Assembly (NCBI GenBank): GCA_965153285.1
Contig: OZ229111.1
Source of the DNA: Podarcis tiliguerta
Lineage: Eukaryota
Length of the DNA: 64,000 bases
Reading direction: 5' to 3' (one strand)
In this document: in pieces, positions 1 to 12,171 of the stretch
Position numbering within the stretch: the first letter of the stretch is position 1
Layout: each line of letters starts with the position of its first letter
Made by a program: the position numbers and the translations under genes
The notes under the pieces: model-generated
Database searches by the model: none
The model's input: the letters and a program-made list of their open reading frames with translations, nothing else
What the model was told of the DNA's origin: nothing

Positions 1-1915
1 TAGAGCGGCCTCAGCATTGGCCCCATTGGTCAGCAGTTGTCAGAAGTCACTCCCTCAAGAAGACAAGGGAGAGAGAACCTTTAAGAAAGCTTAGCTGCCT
101 CTGCGTTCCCTCCCACCATCCGGGATTCAGACTGGACTTTCTGCAAAGCTGATCATCTTTGTTGTCTATTCATAAGTAAATTAGAATCATATTGTAATGG
201 CTAGACCAGTTTTAGAGCCACAGTGTCCTGGTTTATTTTGTTTTCTGTTTTGACCTTCTGCCTGCTTTCCTTTATCTTTTATAAAGATTTAATAAAGTTT
301 CCTAAGCTGACCACTGAAGTGTGTGTTATTCCCAGCCTCAGAGTTTTAGAATCCCCACGTGTCTTATATTGGCATCTGACTTTCTCAGGAGACCATGAAG
401 GAGTGGAGGTGGAAGGTTATTTTGCCTACCTGGGTTCCACAGTAACCATGTGCCTAGAGATGCTTGGAATTTATGCTACTGAAAGTTTAAGATCAGTGTA
501 TAAGAGACCAGCATGCTCTTCCGAGATCTGGGAAGGGCTCAGGGAGTGTGGGCTGTCTTTACACTCTGAGTAACTTACAAGAGAACTGTCTGGGATATGC
601 ACAGTGCCCTTGGTCTCAGAGTTCTTGGGTTTGAGGAAGTTAGGGGTGGTCTGCCAGGGAAACAATCAAGTTGCTTTGAGCTTGGACCAGGATAAGGCAG
701 CTGGAAGCTAGTCCTGATTTCCCTAGCAGTTTGTGAACCAAGGAATGCCAGGTGCAGTGGCTCGGGACCTTTTGAAAAACAATTGCTTTGGTGCATCTCA
801 GGTTGGGCTATTTGGGCTACAACCCATTTGGGCTACAAGAGTTGGGCTACAACCCATTTGGGCTACAAGGAGTAAGTGAGAGGGTGGTGGTGGCAGGCAG
901 CTACCAGAGAATAAGACCCACTGGCAACACAGCAAGGCTGTTGTGTTGCAGTTGAATAAGGACAACCTTCCTCAAGCTGGTGCTCTCCAGATGTTTTAGA
1001 TTCATGGGCTGGCTGGGGATGATGGGAGTTGTAGTTCAAAACATCTAGGGGGCATCAGGTTGGGGAAGGCCGAATTAGGACAGCAGATTCAATGTGGTAT
1101 CCCAGCATATAGTTTTTGGTGTATGATCCTGCTTCTTCCTCAAGTCGAGAAGAACTTCAGCTAGAGCCTCTATGATATTGCTAGATGCAGCAATATCATA
1201 TCTATGAAACTGAGCAGGCACAGTAGTATATGACTCTAACTGGGATTTTTGGATAGTAATTCTTAGACCATTAGTCAGAAGAAGCCACTCTTCATGCTTC
1301 CCTGCATGTAGTGCTAGAGGCTGGATCTTTATTAAAAGTGGTATACTACATGTCTAAACTACTGTCCGTGTTTGCATCTGACATTATCTGTTAGAACCTG
1401 TTGCACATAAATACACCTGCAAATGGGCACTTCTGTTCCATGCTGCACCTTCCTCACCCCTCCCAACACTTTTTGGATACGAGGGCCACATTCACCCTTG
1501 GCCAACCTTCCACAGGCCACATACCAGTGGTGAGTGTGGCCACTCTTGCATGCGTGCACCCACAAGACACACCAGCAGCCTCCCCTCCTTAGCTAATCCA
1601 TGCAGATCAGCTGAGAGGAGGGGTAATGGCCCCCTCTCTGCTCATGGAAAGATCTAATTGCCTGGGAAGGAGCAACCTGCACTCCCGTCAAAGTTATGCT
1701 CTTGGTTTTCCCCATCCCAGTGTTGTGTCTATTTTTGCTATGCCTAAAATCAGTATGGTCATGGGGAGTCAGAAACATTTGCTTGTAGAAGTAGATCAGG
1801 CCCCCAAACTAGGATTAGCCACTCTTGCATTACTTATATGGGCAGCCCATTCTCAAATGACTTGTGATGGGAAAGTTCCTGGAAGTGTTTGTTCTTCTGA
1901 AAATATACTTCTTGT

Positions 1916-2084
1916 CAGTGGCGTAGCGTGGGGGGTGCAGGGGGGGCCGGCCGCACTGGCCGCAACATCTGGGGGTTAGGGTTAGGGGGCACAAATCCAC
2001 AGGTTAGGGGGCGCAAATCCACGGGTTAGGGGGCGCAAATTACTTGCCTTGCCCCGAGTGCTGACAACCCACGCTACGCCACTG
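1916..2084. mobile_element. hAT-type MITE with internal TTAGGG-containing tandem repeats
   Basis: Perfect 17-bp TIRs (CAGTGGCGTAGCGTGGG / CCCACGCTACGCCACTG); 8-bp TSD CTTCTTGT (1908-1915) / CCTCTTGT (2085-2092) with 1 mismatch. Confidence 0.85.
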
Positions 2085-2659
2085 CCTCTTGTACAAAGTG
2101 AAGTACCAGGCATTCATTAATGGAGGTAGAGTGACAGCAGGCCCCTCCCAGATGTCCTACTGTGGAAGTGCAAATTCTTCTGAAATCCTGGAGATCTGAG
2201 TAAAAGCCTGCACGTCTACACTACCCCTGGGAACCAATGACAACAGTTCTTTCCATCCTTCTTAAGAACTGAGCTTGGGAAAGGACATATAATAAACTAA
2301 ACTACCTACTGTCTGCCACATAAAATCATATGCTAATATGAGTACTTCCAGTATGTAGCTGAAAAACAGTGCAATGCTGTAAATGTCTGGTCCTTTGAGT
2401 TAAGTGGGGCTTACTACCAGGTGAGTTTGCATAGGATTGAAGCCTGTATCATGAAGGAAAACAGAAATGGTGTAACTGATCTTTCAGGAAATGTTCTTCA
2501 CATCCTGCCAGGGTTTTCTTATTCTGTAAGAAAAACTAAAAACTAAGTAATAATATTTATGTTGTACCTAATTTTACTAACGTATGCTTACTAAATCTAT
2601 TATGTCTATGCTAAATTGAACAGATGCCTCTTCCAAGCAAAACAAGGGTTTCAAAGGGC

Positions 2660-3860
2660 GTCTCCAACTGCATAGCGGACAGTCGAATTTCATCTCTTCT
2701 GGGGATTCAACGCGCACAATATGCATTAATCTCCCCTTCACGAAGCACGCGCGTCTTCCGAGTGCACACATGCTTCTAGACGCGCGGTTGAAAAAGCCAA
2801 GACGCGATTGGGGGGAGCGGGAGGCTCTCCTGAGGAAGACATTTCCTAGCCGCTACACGGCGCTGTGGCCTCCAGAAGAAGCTGGGCGTCTTTCTTTCCC
2901 GCCTCTCCTCGACTTGTGCGTAAAGGGAGGAGCGAGGGCGAAAGTGGGGTAGTTCTGCTCTGCGCAGCCGGAGGAAGCGGGGAGAGCTGAGCGCGCGGCT
3001 GAGAGCCCCTGCCGTTCGCTAGCATGTCAGTATCTCTTCCCGCCCCGTCCCCGCTTAAAGCGCTCGCGGAGCCGGGCTCGCCATCATTGCACAGCCGGGG
3101 ATGCGCCCGGGTCGGAAGAGGTGGTGCCGGGGAGGTTACGCCCGGTTGAAACCCCCTCCAGCGGGAGGCAGGGCTCTCCACGGGGCGACACCCCACATTC
3201 TCTCGGGGCGTGGGGTGGGGGCAGAATCGCGTGCCCGATTTTAGGGTGGCCCCTACGAGCGGGGAGTGGGGGACCGGCCCGGCGGCGTCTGTCCTGTGGC
3301 ATCTCGGAGGAAGCAGGAGGCTGTGTCCATAAAAGGGCTTGGACCTTTTCTGGCAAGGAGGAGAGGCTTCTGCGGGAAGCGGGCGAGGACACCCGTCCCT
3401 CCCTCGCTCCTGGGATCCAGCTTAGTGACTCAAGTTAAAGACTTGCAAGAGTTTCTTAGTCCAGTATTTGCGCGCAGGCACGAGTGAGCGAGAAAGAAAG
3501 GAAAGGGGGAAATAATATTAGATGCCCGCTTCTCCTTAGGGGGTGCCTCCTGGAGAGCGGCCCCCGGAGAGGAAAGGCCTGCTTTTAAGGAAGGGAGCGC
3601 CTTCCCCGGCTGGCCGCCCCTTAGATCGGGGGGAGGCGGCGGGTTTCTAGCGCGCTGGCAGGAGCTTTGCTGACACCTCGCGTCGCTTCTTGGAAAGCTC
3701 TTTCGAGCTGCGATTCTGCCCTAGGGGAGGCGGACGGGGGACGCCATTCCCCCGGACTAGGAGCCAGAGAAGGGGCTGCCGGCTGTTGCTTGGAGCAGAA
3801 AGAGCGAAAGGGAAGGGATGCAGCAGGGCTGACCATCGACCTCAGCTGAGGTTGCAGAGC
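2660..3860 (+). promoter_or_regulatory. CpG island, probable shared promoter and non-coding first exon of NAA80/HYAL3
   Basis: Sharp rise in GC and CpG density, GC boxes (CCGCCCC about 3039), ETS-like CGGAAG about 3113, candidate donor GA|GTGAGC at 3483/3484. It is the most promoter-like island upstream of NAA80; in mammals NAA80 and HYAL3 share a first exon. Confidence 0.7.
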
Positions 3861-5539
3861 CACTGCACAATGACTAACATCCGCTCAGAGTTCAAAGGTG
3901 GATTCCCCAGGGAACTGAAACAGAGTATTCCCACAGGTGCACACGGGATAAGGCAACTGAAGTGCTTCCTCCCTAATATCTGACCCACCCCATTACTGAA
4001 ATAGGTCGCTCTTGTAATCTATCCATATTGCTCTAGAGGGGCTGTAGCATCCTTGAATTATAATAATGAGTCTCAGGAGAGAGGAGTACCATGTGCGTTG
4101 CCAGTGCAAGGCACACTGCCTCCTCTATCCTTGGATTTGCCTTAGGCAGGGCTGGAGGATATTACTTTGGGCATCAGCCGTTTATTAACCAGTACCTCTG
4201 CCTCTCAGCAGTGAACCCATCCCTAAACCCTGCAATGTGTAGGTGGCTTTTTATTGGAGCTTTTGTGTTCCTTTCACTAGGAGGAGATTGAGAACCAGTG
4301 TGCAATTCAGTTCTCTTTATAGATGTGCACCTGAGAGGCAGCAATCCTATATACTTACTCGGCAATATTCTGACTAAGCATGCATAGGATTCGAGTGCAT
4401 GTGTGAATGAATCTGAGTTTAGTTCACGTAGTTCATTTTTAAAAAAATTAAAGGCAGTGCATGCTAAGGCCTTGAGGAGGACCAGGCATTCATTTGGAAA
4501 TAAGTGGGATGTGAGAAGCACTGGCATGAACTCACCTTTCCTCAGCATTATGTTGTTTATAGAAGTGACCTTTGGTCTCGACTCTTCCTGTGGCTGAAAA
4601 TGTTTTATTAGGGTTTCCCTGCGCTTTGGTAATTTTAACTGTGATCTATTGACTGTCCTCTCTTTTGGGTCTAGACAGTGGTTTTTGCAGCATGACTCTT
4701 GGGCAGAATAACTAGTAGAGAGGGTTGGGGATGGAAATCCCATAAACAACACTGATGCATCCGTTCACCCATGGGAAAGGATGCATTGTTGGCTGGCAGA
4801 TCCCAATTTTACTAAAGAGGGCCAAGCCATCTCTTGAGACTAACCCAACCACAGGTACAGGCATCCAGGACTTGAACTGTTTCTCTCTTGCGGAGACCTA
4901 GTTCTGATTCTCCACTGCCCAGCGCTTTGGATGAAGTGCATGTAAACTGCTTGCATAATCAGGAAAAAATAATAATATGTGAAAGGGACTCATAAGTGCA
5001 CCAGTACTAAAGCTTTGTATTATTAGGTCCCTTCCAACACTACATTTATATGATTGTATGATTATTATGTATTAAATTTGTATACCACCCTTCCATCTAA
5101 AGATCCAAGGGTGGTTCACAACAGTAAAAGACAAAATGAAAATAGCAAATCAAAACAAACCAATGAACTCCCCACCTTCCACAACACTTATAAAAAGCCA
5201 TAGAATGTTAATCTGCTGAACGCCTGGTTGAAAAGAACCTTTTTTGCCTAGTGCCTAAAAATATCTAATGAAGGCGCCAGGTGAGCCTCCCTTGTAGAAG
5301 AGGGAAGCCTACTGTGATACCAATGAGGCCAATGGACACTAACTAGGGAAGGTATGACCAAATAGCCTGTCTGTTGAAGCTACACAGCCACTTTCCCCCA
5401 CAACCTTAGTGGGCTGTATCCTAGTGACTGGGTTGCAGGCACACAAATTTAGGTCCATTTGAAAAGGGGTTTGTGAGTGCTCCAAAATAGGATGAACATT
5501 TCATTTTATGCTTTTGTAAGATTCTCCCTTACAAAAAAA

Positions 5540-6740
5540 GGGTAATTGCAGTTCAGTGAAAGCAAATGTAAAGTGGGGCAAATACAGTGGTACCTTGGTT
5601 TGCAACCGTTTTGGATTACAACCACGTCAAACCCTGAAGTGTGTGTCCCTTTTTTTGGATTACAACCTCCCCCCCCCCTTTTTTTATTACAACCATTTTT
5701 ATTTTTTTTTGAGGCCCCATTGGCGAAAGCACGTCTTGGGTTACAACCTGTTTTGGTTTACAACCGGACCTCCGGAACGGATTATGGTTGTAAACCAAGG
5801 TATCACTGTAAATAAATCTTAACTTCACATACATGCTCATGGGATCTGAAGTGGGGTTGACTGAGCAGAAGCAAGATTTTGGGGTCATTGCTGTTAGCTC
5901 AACTAAGATGTTGAGCCAACCTGCAGCAGCTATGAAAAAGGTGAACTGCATGCTGGGTTAGGAAAGGGAAATAAAACTGCCAATATTGTAATGTTGTTAT
6001 ACAAATCTGTGGTGCAGCTAAACTTTAAATAATACCGTGTACAGTTCCTTCACATCAAAGAGATTATTGTAGAGCTGGAAAAAGTTAAGAAAATGGAAGC
6101 CAAAACTGCTCTACAAGGGAAAGGTATAACATGTGGGGCTTTTTTTTTTTTAGCATAAGAGAGAAGGTGAGTAAAGGACAGATGTGATAGAAGTGTATAA
6201 AATTATGTATGGGGTAGAGGTAAACTAAGAGAAGCTCTTCTCTCTTTCGTAATACTAGAACTTGGGACAGTCAATGAAGTTTAATACTGGAAGGTTTAGG
6301 GCAGATAAAAGAAAGTACTTCTTCACATAACACATGATCCAGTACTGTATTAGAAAATCAGATATAAAAAGCTATGTGCCAAATGTAAAAACCAGGGTTA
6401 CAGTTGCCAAAACGGAATGCCTAGTTGCCATTTTTGGGCCACATTGGCTTGAAAGACATAACTTTCACCACGACTGTTTGGTTCCTGAAATTCATTCTGA
6501 TTGTGCAGATAAAATATAATGGGTATAATTCTACAGGATGTGTTGCTATTGTGTGAAAACAGGCAAGACCCAAAGATCCCCCAGGCATGCGCCTCCAGAT
6601 GGTGGAGACATCAGGCGCCATCCTGGGGGCTGGACATCTTCACTTGGTCGCATGTGAATTTTGAACACTGGACACGCATCTTTAAACTATGGAATTTGAG
6701 CCCCCTAGATATAGTGATAGCCACCAACTTGGATGGCAGA
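5540..6740 (+). mobile_element. Degenerate CR1 LINE 3' ORF2 fragment, interrupted by a MITE (5585-5808) and an unrelated insert (about 6335-6676)
   Basis: Relics of CR1 RT C-terminal motifs (QFSESKCKV..., FTYMLMGSE...EQKQDFGV, ..FRADKRKYFFT) with frameshifts and stops. Confidence 0.75.
5585..5808. mobile_element. Tc1/mariner-superfamily (Tigger/pogo-like) MITE
   Basis: TIRs CAGTGGTACCTTGGTTT / AAACCAAGGTATCACTG, flanked by TA on both sides. Confidence 0.85.
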
Positions 6741-7751
6741 CGTTCGTTGTAACTCAGCCCCATAGAAAGCACTGAATTTACTTCTGAGTAGGCATGTATA
6801 GGATTGTGCTGTCAGTGCCTTTTGTCCATTGAGGCATAGTCACGATTCCCTTTTGCTTGGTTATGTTTCCCATCCGACAATGGGTAAACAGCAGTTCCAC
6901 TTATTCAGAGCTCTATGAATATATGAATGTTTTCTGTGTCCCCAAAAGGAATATGACTGTTTTCCAGAAGTCAGGATCTGGAAGGGAATCGAAACATAAT
7001 TGGTATTTTTAATTCCATTGCAGGAAAAGCTGTGTTGGGTACATTAATAGTCGTAGGAAACAGACTACCGCATTGCCTGTGGACAGTCTAACCACCTTGT
7101 CTTCTCCCCAGTTTCATGAGTTTTGTGACCTTTTACCAAGGAGTGTTTGTTGGTAGCAGGTGCGTCCCAAAATTACCTGAGACACAGAGCAGGTTTGTTT
7201 CCTCCTTGTGCTGCACTATGTGTTGACACTGGAAAACAGCACAGGAGAACAAGGCTCTGTGCTTTGAGACCTTGTAAACAACATCCTTCCTGTCCTTTCT
7301 GGAGACCGGGCAGGATGAATGTCTTCATGGCAATGTCCTAGTTCTGCCCAGTGGATTCCCTGGCCTCCTCACCCCACCCCAGTAGGCCTGGTTTCCATCT
7401 ATTACTCTAGTAACATAAGCTCCGTTTGGCTCTGTAGATCAATCCACTGTTGACATTGAATAAGCCGAAGTTTATATGTTCATAGAACTGGTGTGTAGGT
7501 ATAACAGCTTGGAAACATGCCTCTAATCAAGAAGGTAAAGTACCTGTACTAGCAAAAGGGGTTTTGTGCTGTGGCAAGAAGGCATAGAGAACTGAAAATC
7601 AGAGGTGGGGAATTTGTGGCCCTCTAGATATTGCTGGACTCCGACTCCCTTCATCCTTGACCATTGGCCACACTGGCAGGGGCTGATGGGAGTTGGAGTC
7701 CAACATCTGGAGGGCCTCAAGCCCCCCCTTCACCCCTGCTGTAGACTAATA

Positions 7752-7969
7752 TAGTGGTACCTCGGGTTAAGAACTTAATTTGTTCTGGAGGTCCGTTCTT
7801 AACCTGAAACTGTTCTTAACCTGAAGCACCACTTTAGCTAATGGGGCCTCCTGCTGCCGCCGCTGCGCAATTTCTGTTCTCATCCTGAAGCAAAGTTCTT
7901 AACCCAAGGTAATATTTCTGGGTTAGCAGAGTCTGTAACCTGAAGCATCTGTACCCCGAGGTACTACTG
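7752..7969 (-). mobile_element. Tigger/pogo-like MITE (same family as 9785 and 25458, opposite orientation)
   Basis: TIR (C>T)AGTGGTACCTCGGG / CCCGAGGTACTACTG, TA flanks; reverse complement of the 9785-10029 copy. Confidence 0.9.
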
Positions 7970-9784
7970 TACAAAGGCTAGTCTGGGTTACTACCAGCCT
8001 TTTGCTTCAGCAGCCTCATTTTGTGATGTGTATTTTTTGTTTCTATGGAAGCCGCCCAGAGTGGCTGGGAAGGCCCAGCCAGATGGGCGGGGTACAAATA
8101 ATAAATAATAATTATTATTATTATGATGTGTGGAGATGGAAGTATTGGGGAGGAGTTAAGGCACGGTAAGCAGCAAGTCTGGTTTGCCTTCCTTGCCCAC
8201 CTGCTTTCTTTGGTGTTGGATGGTTGCCAGCCCTGCTCCCTTTCCTTTCTCCTCATGATAGAATTGCTGTTGCCAAAGTGAGTTGGCTGGATGTTTATTG
8301 GGGCTGGATTCTCAGAATCTAAATGGGTCCGTTTCTCCCCACCACCACCACCCAAAAAGAGAGTTCTTTGATACTTCAGCCTACACTTGGACCTAGGAGC
8401 TGTAGTGGTTGAAGGCATCTGTTTGGGAACCCCATAGACGAAGTCTGTGTCTGCTGCTTTGTTGTTGTTGTTGTTTGGATGGGTGCCAGCCTTTGGCTCC
8501 TGTCAGGGCTGGGCTGGGCTACTCAGCACACAATTTACATTCCAAAACCTGGGTGTCAAGTAAACAGACAGCTCACTCTTTAAAAGAAGAAACGAGCTGT
8601 AGGCGCATGTGTAGCTTCCTGTCATGCTCTTGCGAAAGTAGACGGTTTCCCTTGAGCCTTAGCATTGCAAGCACAATCTCCAAAGGAGGGAAGCGGCACT
8701 TCAGGCAGCTCCCATTTGCCACAGGTATTTGACACTTCTTTTCTTCTGCTGGTGGTCTTATTGTGGAGCAGGGGAGGGGAGCCTGTGATTCTTCAAGTCT
8801 AGCTGGACTGCAGCTCCCATCAGTCCTGACCACTGGCAATGTGGGCTGGGGCTGATGGGAGATGAAGTCCAACAACACCTGGAGAGCCATGGGTTTCTCA
8901 TTCTGTTATAAAGGGATCCTGTAGCAAACATGTATACTGGGCTCAGACAGCTGTACTAGAGAAACAGGCAATATAAAACTGGGAGGGGTGGGATATAAAG
9001 TGTGTAGGTTTGGTGCCTGTTCAGAATTTTGGAAGTTTGGGACCAGGGTATCATTGGGTCATGCTGTCATGTGGGCCTGGTTCTGAGAGGTAACGGTAGA
9101 AATTGAAGAATGAGGGATGCTCTCCTGGCTTTTGTTAAGATGGATAGAATCTTCACCTCACGCAAGGAGCGATTCTCATCTAGTGCTGCTCTAGTAGAGC
9201 TGGGGGGTAGGTGTGGATGAATGGAATTAGTTCAGCCTCTTCTTCTCTTCCTCCAGGATGTGTAGAGCGTGTTGTTGATTTTAGCAGGAGGGGTAGGGAA
9301 TCCTAGTGCCCAGGTTGGCAGCAGGATGCTTAGAAATGGAAAAAGGAAACACTGTGTGACATTTTTGGGTGGTATTGCTTGTGAAGTGTTGTGATGACAC
9401 TGCCGGCTCATTTCCAGAGCCAGGATCCTTGAAAACAAGAAATCCCCTGTAGCAGTGCATGCCTTGGATACAGAGGTTTTTGTCAGGAAAGCTACTTGGA
9501 CCAGAACTTGCAGGCCTGCCTGGTAACTTGGAATTTAGCGCAAGTAGTGCTTATCAGTCTACCTAGGGGTATGCTATTTTCTGATTGCCCTGTTCTCTGC
9601 TAGAGTGCTTTCCAAAACGGTCTGTGAGTGATGCAGCAGAGGTCATTCACATATGGTGCGTTAATTACTTTTCTCATCTCTTCTTCAAGTGAGTCTTGAA
9701 TAGTGCACACAAGGCAGGTTGTATGATTTTTATTTATTTTCTGACCTCTGTGTCATTAATTTAGTAATGGAATTCAAGGCAGTA

Positions 9785-10029
9785 CAGTGGTACCTTGGGT
9801 TACATATGTTTCAGGTTACAGACGCTTCAGGTTACAGACTCCGCTAACCCAGAAATAGTACCTTGGATTAAGAACTTTGCTTAAGGATGAGAACAGAAAT
9901 CGGGCTCTGGCGGCGCGGCGGCGGCAGCAGGAGGCCCCATTAGCTAAAGTGGTGCTTCAGGTTAAGAACAGTTTCAGGTTAAGAACAGACCTCCAGAACG
10001 AATTAAGTACTTAACCCGAGGTACCACTG
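9785..10029 (+). mobile_element. Tigger/pogo-like MITE
   Basis: TIR CAGTGGTACCTTGGGTTA / TAACCCGAGGTACCACTG, TA TSD; near-identical to 25458-25699. Confidence 0.9.
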
Positions 10030-10391
10030 TATGTGCATGGTTCACAGGCAGTCACTCATCCAGGCAATGTGGCAGCCTGTTTAGCTCCAGCAAGGTGATA
10101 GGCTCATGTGCCTTCACACCATACCTCAGGGCTCTTCCCTCCAGGGGGGCTTATGACAAGTGCCTTGTCTATGTATTCTTGGACACCTGGTGCTGAGCAA
10201 GCTCCCAAAGCAGTTGAACACCTGGTGCTTAAATCAATTTGTAATGTGGATGCAGAACCTACATGGGCGAGAATGTAAATTCAGGTTCCCTTTAGCAGTC
10301 TATCCCCACGTTGGCAATGGTCACAGGTGACAAAGGTAGCCCTGAGCAAACTTAGAGGTGTTTTTGTGTGTGCATATCTGTGTGCATATCT

Positions 10392-10790
10392 CAGGGGCGG
10401 AGAAAGGGGGGTGCGGTGGGGGCGGACCGCCCCGGGTGTCTTCGCTGAGGGGGGTGACATTTGGTGCTCCACAAACCTGCAACGCCTAAGCCTACCCCGA
10501 GCCATCAGCGGAGGGGGGGGGAGCTGTGCCACTTTGCTGGCGGTATTCCCCCCTTCCCCCTTCGTTCTGACAGCTTGGGGGAGGCTTGGGAGTCATGGGT
10601 GGGCAGCGTGCTGAATGTCTGCCATGGGCGGCTTGCTCCACCCCTGTGAGTGGCTCGCTCCAACCATGGCTGCAGGGCGCACATGTCACTCCCTGCACCC
10701 AAGCAGCTATCCCACACCTGGAAGGGCACCCCCCCACTCCCCTCGGGAGCGGGCCCGCCCTAGGCAGCGCAGGCATATGCTCCGCCGTTG
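10392..10790. mobile_element. GC-rich putative non-autonomous hAT element
   Basis: Isolated GC/CpG-rich block with imperfect inverted termini CAGGGGCGGAG / CTCCGCCGTTG; no TSD recognised. Confidence 0.35.
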
Positions 10791-12164
10791 CCTTCACTAA
10801 CCTAGTGCCCTGCTGATGTTTTCGATCACAATGCCTGCTAGCCCCAGCCAATGGGGCCATGCTGCATGGGGCTGATGGGAATCACAGCCTAAAACATCTG
10901 GGGGGCAACAGGATGGCAAAGGCGGTGGAAGCTGGCATAGTGCATGGTTAGAGAACGAGCTGTGGTTGGCAAACCAGTGAAAATCTCGCCTTACCAATCA
11001 TCACCTCTGTCAGTTTATTTGTATGTCCCTTTCTCTCAAGAGCTTCCCCAAACGGCTTAAGATACAGAAGAAAATAACGAAGACAGCGGTGCATAGCAAA
11101 ATGTTAGTATCAGCCTATCCAAAGAGTTCAGCAGTAATTTTACATCAATCTTTATGTCAATCACGTACTCATTAGGTGGCCTTAGGCAGGCCATTGCATT
11201 CTCAGCCTCAGCCACCCCCCATACGCCCCCAATCTGTGATGCTGGGATAATAAAACTGGTCTACCTTACAAGGCTGTTGTAAGGGTTACTTCAGTGGAAT
11301 TCATGTGAAGCAGCTGGAAAAGTGCCTACGTACTTAGTATGCATAATTAGTAATAAGCATGAGTAATTGATGTTTGTGAGAGGTGATTGAAATAGTTTTA
11401 GACCGTTGGACTGATTCTCTGCCCTGGTGGGAATGCACTCCTGTGACTTGAGTGGGCTGCAACAACTTTGAAAAGATGTACATTAATTCTTTTTGGTGCA
11501 CAACCAAATTTTGTCTTGAGGAGCAGTCCTTGCCAGTAACTGGAGGCACAAGTTGTGGTGTTCTTAGCCTTTATTGAGAAAACTCTTTCTACGAGACACT
11601 TCCTTCCCCAAACATACGGCTTTTCCAGTAATGTCACAGAGCACCTTTGCAGAAAAGGTAGCACGGGCTGTGTTGAAAACTTGTGTGAGGGGGCTACATC
11701 TAGCCTCTGAGATGGAACTGAGTCATCTGCTGTTTGTGGGTAAATGAGAGCAGACATAAGCAATCGTGAGGACTTAACTGTGCATGTCTGCAGATGCAAT
11801 AAAGTATTGTCAAAATAGCATTCTCTAAACTCAATGCTGCAGTAACTGGACGATGCTAAGGCTCTAAAGCAATACCCTTGAGTTCCCTCTGCTTACGTGG
11901 CTCTAGGATTTGCCCCCAGCTAATGTCCCTGTCATGAGAATCTCCTCAGCCCACCTTTCGGAGGGCATGTTCTGTTCCTATTTCATAACCTGAGTGCAGT
12001 GGCTGCATGGTATAATTTCATAAGCTACTTCATAAAGGGTTGTGAAAGGATGATTTTTTATTGTTGTCTCTTGGGTGTTTTTTTCATCTTCCAGTGTGGC
12101 TCCCATTTGGAGGCTGCCTCACGGGTTTAGTGAGAGTCTATATGATAACGTTGAGTCTCACCAT

Positions 12165-12171
12165 ATGGAAG
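12165..12171 (+). CDS. NAA80: Candidate upstream coding start (ATG GAA G) in putative exon 12095-12171, for a long NAA80 isoform
   Basis: Polypyrimidine tract plus CCAG acceptor at 12094 and donor AAG|GTATGG at 12171. A phase-1 join to acceptor 14194 is in frame with NAA80 and contains no stop. Confidence 0.4.

Noticed and set aside
1-800. Possible LTR/ERV remnant (AATAAA at 291, ORF 223-573)
   Set aside because: The composition is suggestive, but no TG..CA ends, PBS or second LTR can be verified, and the ORF resembles nothing I recognise.
802-2040. CRISPR-like repeat arrays
   Set aside because: Eukaryotic DNA; the repeats lack unique spacers and there are no cas genes.
2770-3983. Multiple 60-120 aa ORFs in the CpG islands (also 58400-60050)
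   Set aside because: Expected from GC richness; no recognisable domains apart from IFRD2 exon 1.
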